Below are positions 48,197 through 58,510 of a stretch of 64,000 nucleotides of DNA, one piece after another (the stretch's first letter is position 1; the number at the start of each line of letters is the position of its first letter). Position numbers and translations under genes: made by a program. Origin of the DNA: Candidatus Thorarchaeota archaeon. Its GTDB lineage: Archaea > Asgardarchaeota > Thorarchaeia > Thorarchaeales > Thorarchaeaceae. The notes under the pieces are model-generated. The model did not search any database. It was given only the letters and a program-made list of their open reading frames with translations, and was not told the origin of the DNA. Location of the stretch: positions 128,001 through 192,000 of the forward strand of contig JBHLRZ010000001.1 in NCBI GenBank assembly GCA_048882045.1, read 5' to 3'.

Positions 48197-48376
48197 CTCT
48201 CGATGGAGAGAGTGTCCAAAGTGTATACAATTTCAACTTTGCAATGACACTAGAAGCAATTAGATAAGATTCACAAGCAATAACAAGTAAACACTGTTAA
48301 GAAAACAGGATGCCACACCCACAAATCTTTAATCCACTTTGCCCTAGGCCCGACTCGTGCACAGGAGAGTCTCTCA

Positions 48377-49219
48377 GTGACCGAGTCGACACCCATCTTG
48401 AAGCATCCGATGGCGAAGTACATACGAGAAGATAGGCAACCCTGGATCTACTGTTCTGGTTGTTCTATCGGTGTAGTTACAAGTATGATTGCCAGGGCAA
48501 TCGACAACTTAGGTCTAGACTTCAACAAGATAGTCGTGGTTTCAGGAATCGGATGCACTGGTCGTACATCTGGTTACTTCAAGACTGGAACGTATCACAC
48601 GACTCATGGGAGAGCAATTGCTTTTGCTGAGGGTGTCAAGATTGCTAATCCCGACCTAGAGGTCATTGTTGTCAGCGGTGATGGCGACCTCGCAGCCATC
48701 GGAGGAAACCACCTCATTCACGCCTGTCGAAGGAACATAGACATGACGGTCGTTTGCGTGAACAACTTCAATTATGGAATGACAGGTGGCCAATTCGGAC
48801 CAACGACCGAACATGAGAGGTACTCTCAAACCAGCCCGAGACCCATTGGAAACATAGAACACCCCTTCAACCTAGTGAAATTGGCTGCGTCATCTGGAGC
48901 GACCTTTGTAGCCAGATGGACTGCAGTACAGGCAAGAAGAGCGACCAAGTCGATTGAGAAGGGCATCCAGAAAGAGGGATTCTCATTTATCGAGATAATT
49001 GGAGCCTGTCCTACAGAGTACGGGAGAATGAACAGATTGGGCGATGGAGTCACTATGCACAAACACCTGCTTGAGGTTGCAGAGATTCAGAATGGTCTTC
49101 CACCGCACGAGGCTGAACTCGATTATGCAACGAGAATTGTCTGTGGGGAGTTTTTGAACATCGAGAAACCAGAATATACAGCTGTCCTCCGTGAGATGCA
49201 GAAGAAGCTCAAGGAATGA
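48377..49219 (+). CDS. korB: 2-oxoacid:ferredoxin oxidoreductase beta subunit
   Basis: CSGC, SGIGC, HGRA and the TPP motif GDGD..IGGNH..NNFNYGMTGGQ. Confidence 0.92.
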   Translation: MTESTPILKHPMAKYIREDRQPWIYCSGCSIGVVTSMIARAIDNLGLDFNKIVVVSGIGCTGRTSGYFKTGTYHTTHGRAIAFAEGVKIANPDLEVIVVSGDGDLAAIGGNHLIHACRRNIDMTVVCVNNFNYGMTGGQFGPTTEHERYSQTSPRPIGNIEHPFNLVKLAASSGATFVARWTAVQARRATKSIEKGIQKEGFSFIEIIGACPTEYGRMNRLGDGVTMHKHLLEVAEIQNGLPPHEAELDYATRIVCGEFLNIEKPEYTAVLREMQKKLKE

Positions 49220-49782
49220 TTCTGATGACACGCTATGAAATCCGATTTGGTGGTTTTGGAGGACAAGGAATAGTCACCATGGCAGTCGTTCTTGGAGAAG
49301 CAGTTTCACTTGTTGAGAAGAAAGAGTGTGTACAGACGCAGAGTTACGGACCAGAGGCGAGGGGTGGAGCCACCAAAAGCGAGCTGGTTATTGATGACGA
49401 AGAAGTAGACTATCCTAAGGTACAGGAACCCGATGTGTTCGTTGCCATGAGTCGAGCTGCATACTTGGAATACATTGATGGACTCAAGGAAGACGGAATT
49501 CTCATTATCGATGAGGACTTGGTGGAGATCGAAAGCGATCTGCCTGATGGAATCAAGATCTACAAGATTCCAGCGACAAGAATCGCAGACGTTGACATAG
49601 GAACGAAACAAGCTACGAATGTTGTGATGTTAGGAGCTCTGACGGCAATTACTGGAATAGTCACACTTGAAGGCCTCAAACAGCAGATAATTGACCGCTG
49701 GCCAAGGTTCAAGGAAACCAACCTGAAAGCGCTGGAGCTGGGTGTGAAGGCTGGTAAAGAGGCTGTTCCATTCAGTAAATAG
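49216..49782 (+). CDS. korC: 2-oxoacid:ferredoxin oxidoreductase gamma subunit
   Basis: GFGGQG, SYGPEARGG and NVVMLGA. Confidence 0.9.
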   Translation: MILMTRYEIRFGGFGGQGIVTMAVVLGEAVSLVEKKECVQTQSYGPEARGGATKSELVIDDEEVDYPKVQEPDVFVAMSRAAYLEYIDGLKEDGILIIDEDLVEIESDLPDGIKIYKIPATRIADVDIGTKQATNVVMLGALTAITGIVTLEGLKQQIIDRWPRFKETNLKALELGVKAGKEAVPFSK

Positions 49783-49817
49783 AGCTCAGCAGCCTTATGT
49801 GAGACTGGTTCCATCAA

Positions 49818-50291
49818 TTGATTATGAGTTCTAAAAATCCACTAGAAGATTGGTACTTTCTCATTGGCGAATGGGAAGGCGGGTCGACTGATCAGTTTGA
49901 TGAAGAAGGGACAATCAAGACATCTGAGGTATACACTCTGGAGTTGAATGGGGTCTATATCATGGGTAGACACGATGCTTTCAACAAAGATGGAAACCTC
50001 ATTCACAAAGCCCTCAGCATGCTCTACTATGATAGACATAACAAGATAATGCTGCGGAAGACATTCTACTCATACGGCTTCACGAACAACGAGGTGGAGC
50101 TTGAGAGAACTGATGACATGATTCGTTTTGAGGTCGTTCAAGAGCCTATACCTCAAGCCTTTGATGGGATGAAGTGGAGATCCTATATCAAGAAAGTTTC
50201 AGAAACTGAGATTCGTGATGGATTAGAAGTTTGCAAACCAGGAGAAGATTTCTCCAGCTATGGAGAGTCCGTTTCAAAGAAAATTAAATGA
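49818..50291 (+). CDS. Beta-barrel protein, calycin/nitrobindin (THAP4/DUF1579)-like
   Basis: L..W.FLIGEWEG N-terminus and a beta-strand pattern. Confidence 0.55.
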   Translation: MIMSSKNPLEDWYFLIGEWEGGSTDQFDEEGTIKTSEVYTLELNGVYIMGRHDAFNKDGNLIHKALSMLYYDRHNKIMLRKTFYSYGFTNNEVELERTDDMIRFEVVQEPIPQAFDGMKWRSYIKKVSETEIRDGLEVCKPGEDFSSYGESVSKKIK

Positions 50292-50292
50292 T

Positions 50293-50646
50293 TCATTTCT
50301 TCTTCTTAGGTTCCTTAGGAGGAAGAGTAGTGACATATGATATCGATTTCTTGATCAGCAACTTCAGTCTTGGTGATTCATCTAGCACCGAATCATTAAG
50401 CACAATATACTCACTCATGACCTTACCTTTCAGTGGTTCAAAGACAGTGATGTTATCCTGAGCCAGTGCTTCTTCACGGTCATCTGCAGAAAGCCTCAAG
50501 AAAAGGTCTGATCGATGAGTTCCGGTGAACATGTTCTTGTTTATGAAGAAAGCAACACCTCCGAACATCTTCTTCTCTGTATAATCTACATCCTTCAAAT
50601 GCGACTTTATGAGCCCATGTAGTTCTTCTTTTGATCGCTCGGTCAT
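50293..50646 (-). CDS. TfoX N-terminal domain protein
   Basis: EKKMFGG..F..N..MF, MSEY and LPPK. Confidence 0.85.
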   Translation of the reverse strand: MTERSKEELHGLIKSHLKDVDYTEKKMFGGVAFFINKNMFTGTHRSDLFLRLSADDREEALAQDNITVFEPLKGKVMSEYIVLNDSVLDESPRLKLLIKKSISYVTTLPPKEPKKKK

Positions 50647-51428
50647 TAGTTGATTTCCTTCTCATCAAGAGCTAATACTGCAGCACCTAATGCCCCGGTG
50701 AGTTGTGGCTCCTGGGGAACCCAGAGTTCCACACCTAATTGTTTGGAAAGGTGATATCTGAATGCAGGGTTGAGAGCTACTCCGCCAGTCACACATACAG
50801 GCTCTTTGACACCAACTCGTTTCGAAAGCGCAGTAATCTTTGAAACCATGGATACGTGAACCCCTGCTGCAATGTCTGCAGCTGACTCTCCAGCGCCAAT
50901 GTGACCAATGACCTCGCTTTCCGCAAAGACGGTGCAAGTGCTACTTATCGAACTTGGGTTCTTTGATTTCAGTGCAAGAGGACCTAGTTCGTCTAAAGAT
51001 ACCTCAAGAACTCTTGCCATAACCTCAAGAAATCGACCAGTTCCAGCAGAACACTTGTCATTCAACTCAAAATCCTCAGGTCTTCCAGAGGGACCAACGC
51101 GAATGGCCTTGGCGTCTTGCCCTCCAACATCGATGAGCAATCGAATGTCTGGATTGATGTGATGTACTCCAACGCTATGGCAAGTAATCTCAGTGACTGA
51201 TTTTTCAGCCAGCTCAACGCGTGCTCGACCGTACCCTGTACTAATCACCGGGATTCCATTCAGATCTATGTTCGATGTTGAAGATATATTCCGTATCGTC
51301 TTTTCCACTGACTGGACAGCAGACGCTCCGGTTAGCATCAGTGATTTAGCCACAATCTCACCTGAGCTATCTAGCAGGACTCCCTTTGTTGTTGTAGATC
51401 CAACATCAATTCCAACACCGAAAGCCAC
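50646..51428 (-). CDS. ATP-dependent activase (HgdC/HadI/BcrAD/BzdQ family)
   Basis: GIDVGSTTTK, TGYGR, DVGGQD, NDKCSAGTGRFLE and STCTVFAESE. Confidence 0.93.
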   Translation of the reverse strand: MAFGVGIDVGSTTTKGVLLDSSGEIVAKSLMLTGASAVQSVEKTIRNISSTSNIDLNGIPVISTGYGRARVELAEKSVTEITCHSVGVHHINPDIRLLIDVGGQDAKAIRVGPSGRPEDFELNDKCSAGTGRFLEVMARVLEVSLDELGPLALKSKNPSSISSTCTVFAESEVIGHIGAGESAADIAAGVHVSMVSKITALSKRVGVKEPVCVTGGVALNPAFRYHLSKQLGVELWVPQEPQLTGALGAAVLALDEKEIN

Positions 51429-51441
51429 TGATTTTCTCTCC

Positions 51442-52668
51442 TTACATCAGCATCTCAAGGAGTGCATCCACTCTAGTTTCAATCTGAGCTGCATTATAAA
51501 CTCTGGAATCGACCATATCACCTTCAATAATGACACCCGGAACGCCTGTCCTTTCTGTCACTATCTCTTTGGATACAAGCTGTCCTAGTGAGTATCGCTT
51601 GCAAGAACGGACTGAAAACATAACGAATCCATCAAGGTCGTAATCTTTGATGAGCTGACACATCTTGTCAATCTTGGCATCGAGTCCCATGTTCAGATAG
51701 ACTCTGGAATATGTTTCAACCACTTGATCAATAATTGAAGACGTATTTACACCCACCATATTCCCGGTCCAAGCATGTGTATAGGTGTCAGCAGGAAAGA
51801 CTACTCCTCTACTAGCGAGTATGTTGAAGAATCTTAGAGTATGCCAAGGCGGTATATTGTCCCAGAGTAAACGAACCTTTTCATCTCGAATCGCACCAAT
51901 TCCATTCTTGACACGCTCCTCTACTTCTGCGACGAATGATTCGTAAAACTCAACACAATGCTCAGTCCCCCTACTTGACACTACAGGAGCCATTGTCAAG
52001 AATCTATCAGCACAGTTCAATGGGCTGGGTTTCGTCTTACAAGCCTCAAGAGCACGAATCCAGAGCCTTGTAGCTTTACTTGAAAGATCAGCAACCACGC
52101 GAATTCGATTTTCCTCAAGAGTCCGATTGAAGTGAGACCCAATGAACTCAATCAGACGCTCCACTCCACGACGTACATACTCTTGATTGTGAGGGAGCTG
52201 TTGTTTGTCTATAGGTGGTGTGTCTAGAAGGAAGACTGGTGCACCGGTCATCTCAGATATGGCATCATACCATTTCAGAACTGTTCCACAGATATTATTG
52301 CATGCAAGAAGTATCTGAGGTGTTGGGAGTGATCCCATCGGAACCTCTTCGGGTTTTTCTGTTGAACCAATACTAACACGAGCATAGGAACACAGCTCCT
52401 GTGAATACCCCAGGTCTTCTGCAATATTAGAAACCTCAGGACCTATTTTTTGGGCTCCAATGATAGCCCCAGCCTGTTCAGGATAGACCACACCCAGATC
52501 CATTGCAATAGGAATCTCCACTGGAAAGCCTGAAGTCACCCAGGCCAGATTTCCATTCTCGCTTGCTTCCATTGCCTCTAATCCGTGACGAAATGCAATC
52601 TGTTGTAGAAGCGATTGTGTTTCAAGACGTCTGTAGGGCTTCTCTTCAGCAGCTCTTTCTTGAGTCAT
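51442..52668 (-). CDS. 2-hydroxyacyl-CoA dehydratase/benzoyl-CoA reductase family subunit (HgdA/BcrB-like)
   Basis: ELCSYAR, NNICGT and RSCKRYS [4Fe-4S] ligands. Confidence 0.88.
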   Translation of the reverse strand: MTQERAAEEKPYRRLETQSLLQQIAFRHGLEAMEASENGNLAWVTSGFPVEIPIAMDLGVVYPEQAGAIIGAQKIGPEVSNIAEDLGYSQELCSYARVSIGSTEKPEEVPMGSLPTPQILLACNNICGTVLKWYDAISEMTGAPVFLLDTPPIDKQQLPHNQEYVRRGVERLIEFIGSHFNRTLEENRIRVVADLSSKATRLWIRALEACKTKPSPLNCADRFLTMAPVVSSRGTEHCVEFYESFVAEVEERVKNGIGAIRDEKVRLLWDNIPPWHTLRFFNILASRGVVFPADTYTHAWTGNMVGVNTSSIIDQVVETYSRVYLNMGLDAKIDKMCQLIKDYDLDGFVMFSVRSCKRYSLGQLVSKEIVTERTGVPGVIIEGDMVDSRVYNAAQIETRVDALLEMLM

Positions 52669-52675
52669 TTTTTCC

Positions 52676-53902
52676 TCACTCCAAAGTTTCAACAAAGGTC
52701 TGTATTCGTGTTTCAATCCGGCCTCGATCACTCAGTTCAGGATCAAGTGGTACTCTAACCGTCTTAATACCTAGGTCTGTGGCAGATCTTTCGATAGATG
52801 GTGCTTCAAACTCATCAGGGTCGCAGAATGACTGTTCACATACAATGAGCCCTTGAATTGAGAGGTTTGAAAGCAGGTCTTTCATTGCCTTCATGCGAAA
52901 TGAGAGACCTTCATGAGTTGGTTCACCGGGAGCAGTCAAAACAGATTTTGCCATTGAGGAGAATGGATCTTCGGATTTTGACGGAGACTGTGTAAACACA
53001 GTTTTGAATCCAAATGATAGAAGGTCCATAACGATAACAGAGTCAGAGATGTTAGGCATATCATGAATCAGCGAGGCGATGGCTTGAGGTTCGACCATAC
53101 CCCCTGCAATTACTATTCGCGGAGTTTCTAGAGCTTCTGGAAGATTCACTCTTGAATAGTCACCTTGTAGGATTGCTTGTCGTACAGTTTCAATGGTATC
53201 AAAAAGCCTTAATTCTTCGGCAGTATTTCTGACCATTGCTGCAGCATCCTTAGCTGCAGACACTGATGAAACAGTTGGAGCTGTCAGAAAGGTTCTAACA
53301 AAACGGACAACATCCGAGTAAGGAATAATCTTCGGATTGACCACTCTGGCTGAATACAGAAACTGAGCGCTCCTACGAAAGTCTTGAACAAGGTCAACTG
53401 CACGATTATAACTCTCTGAGAGGAACGGTCTGCTGAATGTTGTAGAGATTGTTTCACTAAGGAGTTTCAGCTCTTCTGCCAGAAACTTGGTTGTTGAGTC
53501 ATCAGGGCTATACCTTGTGACTGGATATGTCAATCGGAATACTCTATCATCAGGAAAGCGAACCTTCCAAACATCTCCAAGGTTCTGAAGCGCATCACAT
53601 GTGTTTCCAGGGAACAACAGTCCGGCTAAGTTGAGAAACTGACCATTTGCACGTTGACTGTAGAGGTTCCGTATGTAAGAACAAGCAAATGTCTGCAGAC
53701 TCTCTTCAAATCCGCTTGCTAATCCAGGCAATGCCCTAATTAGTGACGGTATAAACCCATGTGCCATGAAGAGTTCTAGTGGAGCATGTGGATAGATGTA
53801 GCCAATGATCTCTTCACCTGAATCCATTAGTTGCTTCAATCCTACAGATGATTGTTCGATGACTCCTTCATAATTCAAATTGGATACCTCTGTACAGGGC
53901 AA
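52676..53902 (-). CDS. 2-hydroxyacyl-CoA dehydratase/benzoyl-CoA reductase family subunit (HgdB/BcrC-like)
   Basis: QTFACSY, NTCDALQN, SFCDPDEF and TRIQTFVE. Confidence 0.85.
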   Translation of the reverse strand: MPCTEVSNLNYEGVIEQSSVGLKQLMDSGEEIIGYIYPHAPLELFMAHGFIPSLIRALPGLASGFEESLQTFACSYIRNLYSQRANGQFLNLAGLLFPGNTCDALQNLGDVWKVRFPDDRVFRLTYPVTRYSPDDSTTKFLAEELKLLSETISTTFSRPFLSESYNRAVDLVQDFRRSAQFLYSARVVNPKIIPYSDVVRFVRTFLTAPTVSSVSAAKDAAAMVRNTAEELRLFDTIETVRQAILQGDYSRVNLPEALETPRIVIAGGMVEPQAIASLIHDMPNISDSVIVMDLLSFGFKTVFTQSPSKSEDPFSSMAKSVLTAPGEPTHEGLSFRMKAMKDLLSNLSIQGLIVCEQSFCDPDEFEAPSIERSATDLGIKTVRVPLDPELSDRGRIETRIQTFVETLE

Positions 53903-54105
53903 GTAATTCTGGTAGTATTACAGAACTTTCGACATTCAGTATCTTATTTGTTCCGCTGGATCAAACGAATTCCATTCTTTTCGTTATTTCTGACTAAAAA
54001 ACCTCTGTGGAAATCATTATCAATAGCATTTGCAGTCGTAGGTGACATCCTCTAGTCAAAATTCGACTGAGAAATAATAGACGAGAGATATGGAGAACGA
54101 ATAAT

Positions 54106-55845
54106 ATGGAAGAAATGCTATGGCACAAAAAAAGGTGGCCAAAAACTGTAAAGAAGTCGCTGGACTATCCTGAAGAGCCACTTTTTGCAATTTTGGATAA
54201 AATTGCTGATAAACATCCTGATTCACCTTCAACAATCTATGATGGAATATTCCACTCTTTTGCTGAAGTCAAGGATCATGCTGACAGAATTGCCAACTTC
54301 TTGGCAAGCAAGGGAATTGGAAAGGGCGACAAAGTCGCGATATTTTTGCCAAACACGCCCCACTATCCTCCGGTCTTCTTTGGGATACTCAAGAGTGGAG
54401 CTACTGCGGTCACATGTAATCCATCGTACAAAGCGAATGAACTGAATTTCCAACTGAAGGACTCTGGGGCAAAGGCAGTATTCGTGTTCGACCACCCATC
54501 CTTCACTCCAACATCTTACGAAGCCATCAAAGGAACTGACGTTAAGATTCACGTTATCTGCAGTATCAAAAGATTCCTACCAAAGGTGAAAGCTATTCTT
54601 GGAAGTGCACTCGGTAAGATACCCAAGGGAGGCTATTACGAAGATTTCACAGATTTCTACGATGATATCATCGAGCAGTATGAGCCAAAGGCTCCTGATG
54701 TCTCAATCACGCCGAAAGAGGACCTTGCACTCATTCTTTACACTGGTGGTACAACTGGCACACCAAAAGGAGCGATGCTCACTCACAGCAATCTCTATAG
54801 TAATGTAATGCAATTCGATGAGTGGGTACAGCTTGAGCCTGAAGGTGGCGGAACCCCTGAAAGGCTGAAGCCAGGAGAGGAGGTCTTCGTGGGAGCTCTT
54901 CCATGGTATCACTCTTATGGCCTGACATTGACCATGGTCGCCTCATATCTTATGGGAAGCTCATTAATCTGTGTGCCTGATCCAAGAGCAGGCAAACCTC
55001 CAATGAGTGAACTGCTGGCGGACATCCAGAAGTACAAGGGTTCCATTCTACATTCTGTCCCGGCAATATATGCAGGTCTCGTAAACAATCCAACCGTTGG
55101 CAAGTATGACCTCTCCAGCCTCAAAGCATGCGGTTCTGGAGCTGCGCCATTGCCTCCTGAACTATGTAAGAGATTTGAGGATGTGAGTGGTGCTACACTG
55201 TTTGAGGGATATGGTCTGACTGAGACATCCCCATTGACACACGCCAATCCTGCGCTCAAGTCGCTGCGTAAGTTTGGTTCAATCGGGGTTCCGCTCCCTG
55301 ACACTGATGCCAAGATCTTGGACATTGACACAGGGAAGAAGGAACTGAAGCAGGGAGAAACTGGCGAGATCGCCATAAACGGACCGCAGGTAATGGCTGG
55401 CTACTGGAACAAACCCAAAGAAACAGAAGAAGTAATGCGGACAATCAACGGTAAACGATACTTCCTGACTGGAGACATCGGTCACATTGATGAAGATGGC
55501 TTCTTCGTCATTTCAGACCGCAAGAAGGACATGATAAACGTTGGTGGACTGAAGGCATACCCAAGAGAGATTGAGGACATCTTCTTCGAACATCCAAAGG
55601 TATCGTTGGCTGCGGTCATTGGTCTACCAAAAGAGGACGACCCATCAAACGAGTATGTCAAGGCATACATCGTTCTGAAAGAGGGTGAAACAGCAACTGA
55701 GGAAGAATTCATCGCATGGGCGAAAGAGAAGATGGCAGGCTACAAACGACCAAAAGAGGTTGCGTTTGTCGATTCATTGCCCATGACCCAAGTTGGAAAA
55801 GTCCTCAGAAGAGAGCTTCGCGAAGCAGAGCTAGCAAAGAAATAA
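54106..55845 (+). CDS. Long-chain-fatty-acid--CoA ligase family (copy 1)
   Basis: YTGGTTGTPKG, EGYGLTE, TGDIG, DRKKD and VGKVLRR. Confidence 0.92.
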   Translation: MEEMLWHKKRWPKTVKKSLDYPEEPLFAILDKIADKHPDSPSTIYDGIFHSFAEVKDHADRIANFLASKGIGKGDKVAIFLPNTPHYPPVFFGILKSGATAVTCNPSYKANELNFQLKDSGAKAVFVFDHPSFTPTSYEAIKGTDVKIHVICSIKRFLPKVKAILGSALGKIPKGGYYEDFTDFYDDIIEQYEPKAPDVSITPKEDLALILYTGGTTGTPKGAMLTHSNLYSNVMQFDEWVQLEPEGGGTPERLKPGEEVFVGALPWYHSYGLTLTMVASYLMGSSLICVPDPRAGKPPMSELLADIQKYKGSILHSVPAIYAGLVNNPTVGKYDLSSLKACGSGAAPLPPELCKRFEDVSGATLFEGYGLTETSPLTHANPALKSLRKFGSIGVPLPDTDAKILDIDTGKKELKQGETGEIAINGPQVMAGYWNKPKETEEVMRTINGKRYFLTGDIGHIDEDGFFVISDRKKDMINVGGLKAYPREIEDIFFEHPKVSLAAVIGLPKEDDPSNEYVKAYIVLKEGETATEEEFIAWAKEKMAGYKRPKEVAFVDSLPMTQVGKVLRRELREAELAKK

Positions 55846-56000
55846 GACTAATGGATTCAGGGGATGGGATTTCCCCTCCCCAAATTCCTTCTTTTTCACT
55901 CATTTTGTATTCTTTCAAAAGCATCCTCAACAAATATCAGTGAGCTTAGCTATACTGGACAGCTAAGTTATCATACTACATTCGAAAAGATTGTTGAGAG

Positions 56001-57758
56001 TTGAGAGAGATGGATGAGCTATATTGGCAGAAAAAAGAAGCTTGGCCAGATACAGCACCTAAAACAATAGACTATCCCGAAGAGCCCTTATTCGCCATGC
56101 TGGACAGGGCAGCTGAAAAGAGTGGAGACCTCCCATATACTGTGTTTATGGGAAAGACACAGACCTTCAAAGAGGTCAAGGACCATTCAGACAGGGTAGC
56201 GAACTTCCTAGTCAGCAAAGGTATCAAGGAAGGAGATAGTGTCGCGATTTTCCTCCCTAATGTACCTCACTTCCCAGCTATCTATTTTGGGATTCTGAGG
56301 ACAGGAGCGAAGGTTGTGACCTGCAATCCAATGTACAAAGCGAATGAACTGAACTTCCAGTTGAATGATACTGAATCGAAGATCGTCTTTGTACTTGATC
56401 ATCCAACGTTCACACCAACTGCATACGAGGCTATCAAAGGCACACCAGTCCATACTGTGGTTGTATGTAGTGTGAAACCGTTCCTCTCTAAAGCAACAGC
56501 TTTCATCGGTGGGCTCCTTGGAAAAGTACCCAAAAGCCCTTACTATGAGGAGGGCAAGACAATCTTCTATGAGAATATTCTTACACAGTACGAGCCAAAA
56601 ACGCCCGATGTGAAGATCGACCCAAAGAGCACTGCAGTGATAATTTACACCGGTGGAACCACCGGCACTCCAAAAGGAGCAGAACTCTCTCACTATAATC
56701 TGACTTCAAATGTGCTCCAGATAGCTGAATGGGTCTATATGAAAGAAGAAGACGTTGGAAGGGAAGGAGGTGTCAGATATGGAGAGGAGGTGTATGTTGG
56801 AGCCATTCCATGGTATCACTCCTATGGGATGACACTCAGCTTGCTATCAGCGACTTTGTATGGTGGGCAGCTCGTGGCCATTCCTGATCCCCGTTCTGGG
56901 AAACCTCCACTGACAGATTTGTTGAAGGAACTTGAGAAGACTAAGTGCACTGTGTTCAATTGTGTGCCTGCACTCTATGCAGGAATCGCCACCCATCCAG
57001 ATGTAGGCAAATATGATCTGTCTGAAATCAACATCTGTGGTTCAGGAGCAGCTCCATTACCACCGGAAGTAGCTAAGGCGTTCGAGGCTGTGACAGGAGC
57101 GTTGGTTTTTGAAGGGTATGGCCTCACTGAAACCTCACCAACGACTCACATCAACCCCACCAATAAGAAGTACCGAAAATTTGGCTCGATTGGACTTCCA
57201 CTACCTGATACGAACTGCAAGATTGTTGATATCGATACTGGCACAAAAGAGATGCCATTGGGAGAGATTGGCGAGATAGCCATCCATGGACCCCAGGTGT
57301 TCTCAGGCTATTGGCGAAAACCTGAAGAAACTGAGAATGTCATGCGTGAGTTTAATGGAAATCGGTTCTTCCTCACTGGAGATCTTGGTTACATGGATGA
57401 GCTTGGCTACACCTACATCAGTGACAGAAAGAAGCAGATGATCAATGTTGGTGGAATGAAAGCATACCCACGAGAGATTGAGGACACTCTCTTCACACAT
57501 CCAAAGGTGAAACTTGCAGCAGCTGTGGGGATACCTCGATTAGATGACCCGAGCAACGAGTTTGTCAAGGCTTACATCGTTCTCAAAGAGGGTGAAACAG
57601 CCACAGAAGAAGAGTTCATAGAGTGGGCAAGGGACCGGATGGCAGGATACAAGAGACCGAGAGAGGTCGAATTTAGGGATTCGCTTCCACTGAGCAACGT
57701 AGGAAAAGTACTGAGACGTGTCCTTTTGGAGGAGGAGCTTGAAAAGCGAGGAAAATAG
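56001..57758 (+). CDS. Long-chain-fatty-acid--CoA ligase family (copy 2)
   Basis: Same adenylate-forming motifs; close paralog of copy 1. Confidence 0.92.
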   Translation: MREMDELYWQKKEAWPDTAPKTIDYPEEPLFAMLDRAAEKSGDLPYTVFMGKTQTFKEVKDHSDRVANFLVSKGIKEGDSVAIFLPNVPHFPAIYFGILRTGAKVVTCNPMYKANELNFQLNDTESKIVFVLDHPTFTPTAYEAIKGTPVHTVVVCSVKPFLSKATAFIGGLLGKVPKSPYYEEGKTIFYENILTQYEPKTPDVKIDPKSTAVIIYTGGTTGTPKGAELSHYNLTSNVLQIAEWVYMKEEDVGREGGVRYGEEVYVGAIPWYHSYGMTLSLLSATLYGGQLVAIPDPRSGKPPLTDLLKELEKTKCTVFNCVPALYAGIATHPDVGKYDLSEINICGSGAAPLPPEVAKAFEAVTGALVFEGYGLTETSPTTHINPTNKKYRKFGSIGLPLPDTNCKIVDIDTGTKEMPLGEIGEIAIHGPQVFSGYWRKPEETENVMREFNGNRFFLTGDLGYMDELGYTYISDRKKQMINVGGMKAYPREIEDTLFTHPKVKLAAAVGIPRLDDPSNEFVKAYIVLKEGETATEEEFIEWARDRMAGYKRPREVEFRDSLPLSNVGKVLRRVLLEEELEKRGK

Positions 57759-57824
57759 TTCGCCTGATTGCTTTATTAGGGAGTACTGGCAGAAGACTGG
57801 ATTCCTACACACATTCATCTAGAG

Positions 57825-58466
57825 GTGGTTAGATTGTCACCTTCGTGGAAAAGAATTGGAGCATATCTGGGGATTCTTTCTGGAATCATCTTTGTTGTTG
57901 CAACCCTCATTGCAATGCTGATCTATCCGGGTGGATACAACTTCTTCCTGGACTCCTTCAGCAGACTTGGACACACTATAATCAATAGCACACCTTCAAT
58001 GTTGAACTATTTCCTGTTTGTGACAGCGTGCACCGGTGCAGCTGTATGCTTGGTTCCCTTCCTTTTCTCCATGCGTACATTGTTCACAGAAACAACAGGT
58101 CTCAAAGTACTAAGTGGGTTAGGTACCATTCTAGGTCTTTGTGCAGCACCCAATCTCTCAGCACTAGCAATCTTCGCAGGGAATGAAGCTCCTGAAATAC
58201 ATGGAAACACTACGAGACTCTTCTTCATACTCATTATGGCTGGAATTCTGTGCTACTCAATTGCTATCGTCATGAAAAGGGAGTACAACAACATCTATGC
58301 AGGGATTGGTTTCATCGTTGTAGTGATCTGTATACTTCACATATTCGGTATGTTTGGAGTCATGTCCGAATACTTTGGGACTGCCCTCTGGCAAAAAATT
58401 GCTGTCTATTCGTTAGTGCTGTGGTCAGTATTCCAAGGATATGAACTCTTGAAAGTCTTTGATTAG
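57825..58466 (+). CDS. DUF998-like membrane protein
   Basis: YPGGYNF..FSRLG, ..IHG..F and WQK; about 5 TMs. Confidence 0.7.
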   Translation: MVRLSPSWKRIGAYLGILSGIIFVVATLIAMLIYPGGYNFFLDSFSRLGHTIINSTPSMLNYFLFVTACTGAAVCLVPFLFSMRTLFTETTGLKVLSGLGTILGLCAAPNLSALAIFAGNEAPEIHGNTTRLFFILIMAGILCYSIAIVMKREYNNIYAGIGFIVVVICILHIFGMFGVMSEYFGTALWQKIAVYSLVLWSVFQGYELLKVFD

Positions 58467-58482
58467 AAATACATAAGGAAAC

Positions 58483-58502
58483 TGGGGAGGTTTCCCTCCC
58501 CA
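58483..58502. terminator. Hairpin between convergent genes
   Basis: TGGGGAGG-tttc-CCTCCCCA. Confidence 0.6.
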
Positions 58503-58510
58503 CGTTTATT

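Noticed and set aside
44880-48376. The kor-splitting block as a mobile element with target-site duplication
   Set aside because: Only weak similarity at the ends (tccaaaagtatac versus tccaaagtgtatac) and no recombinase or terminal repeats.
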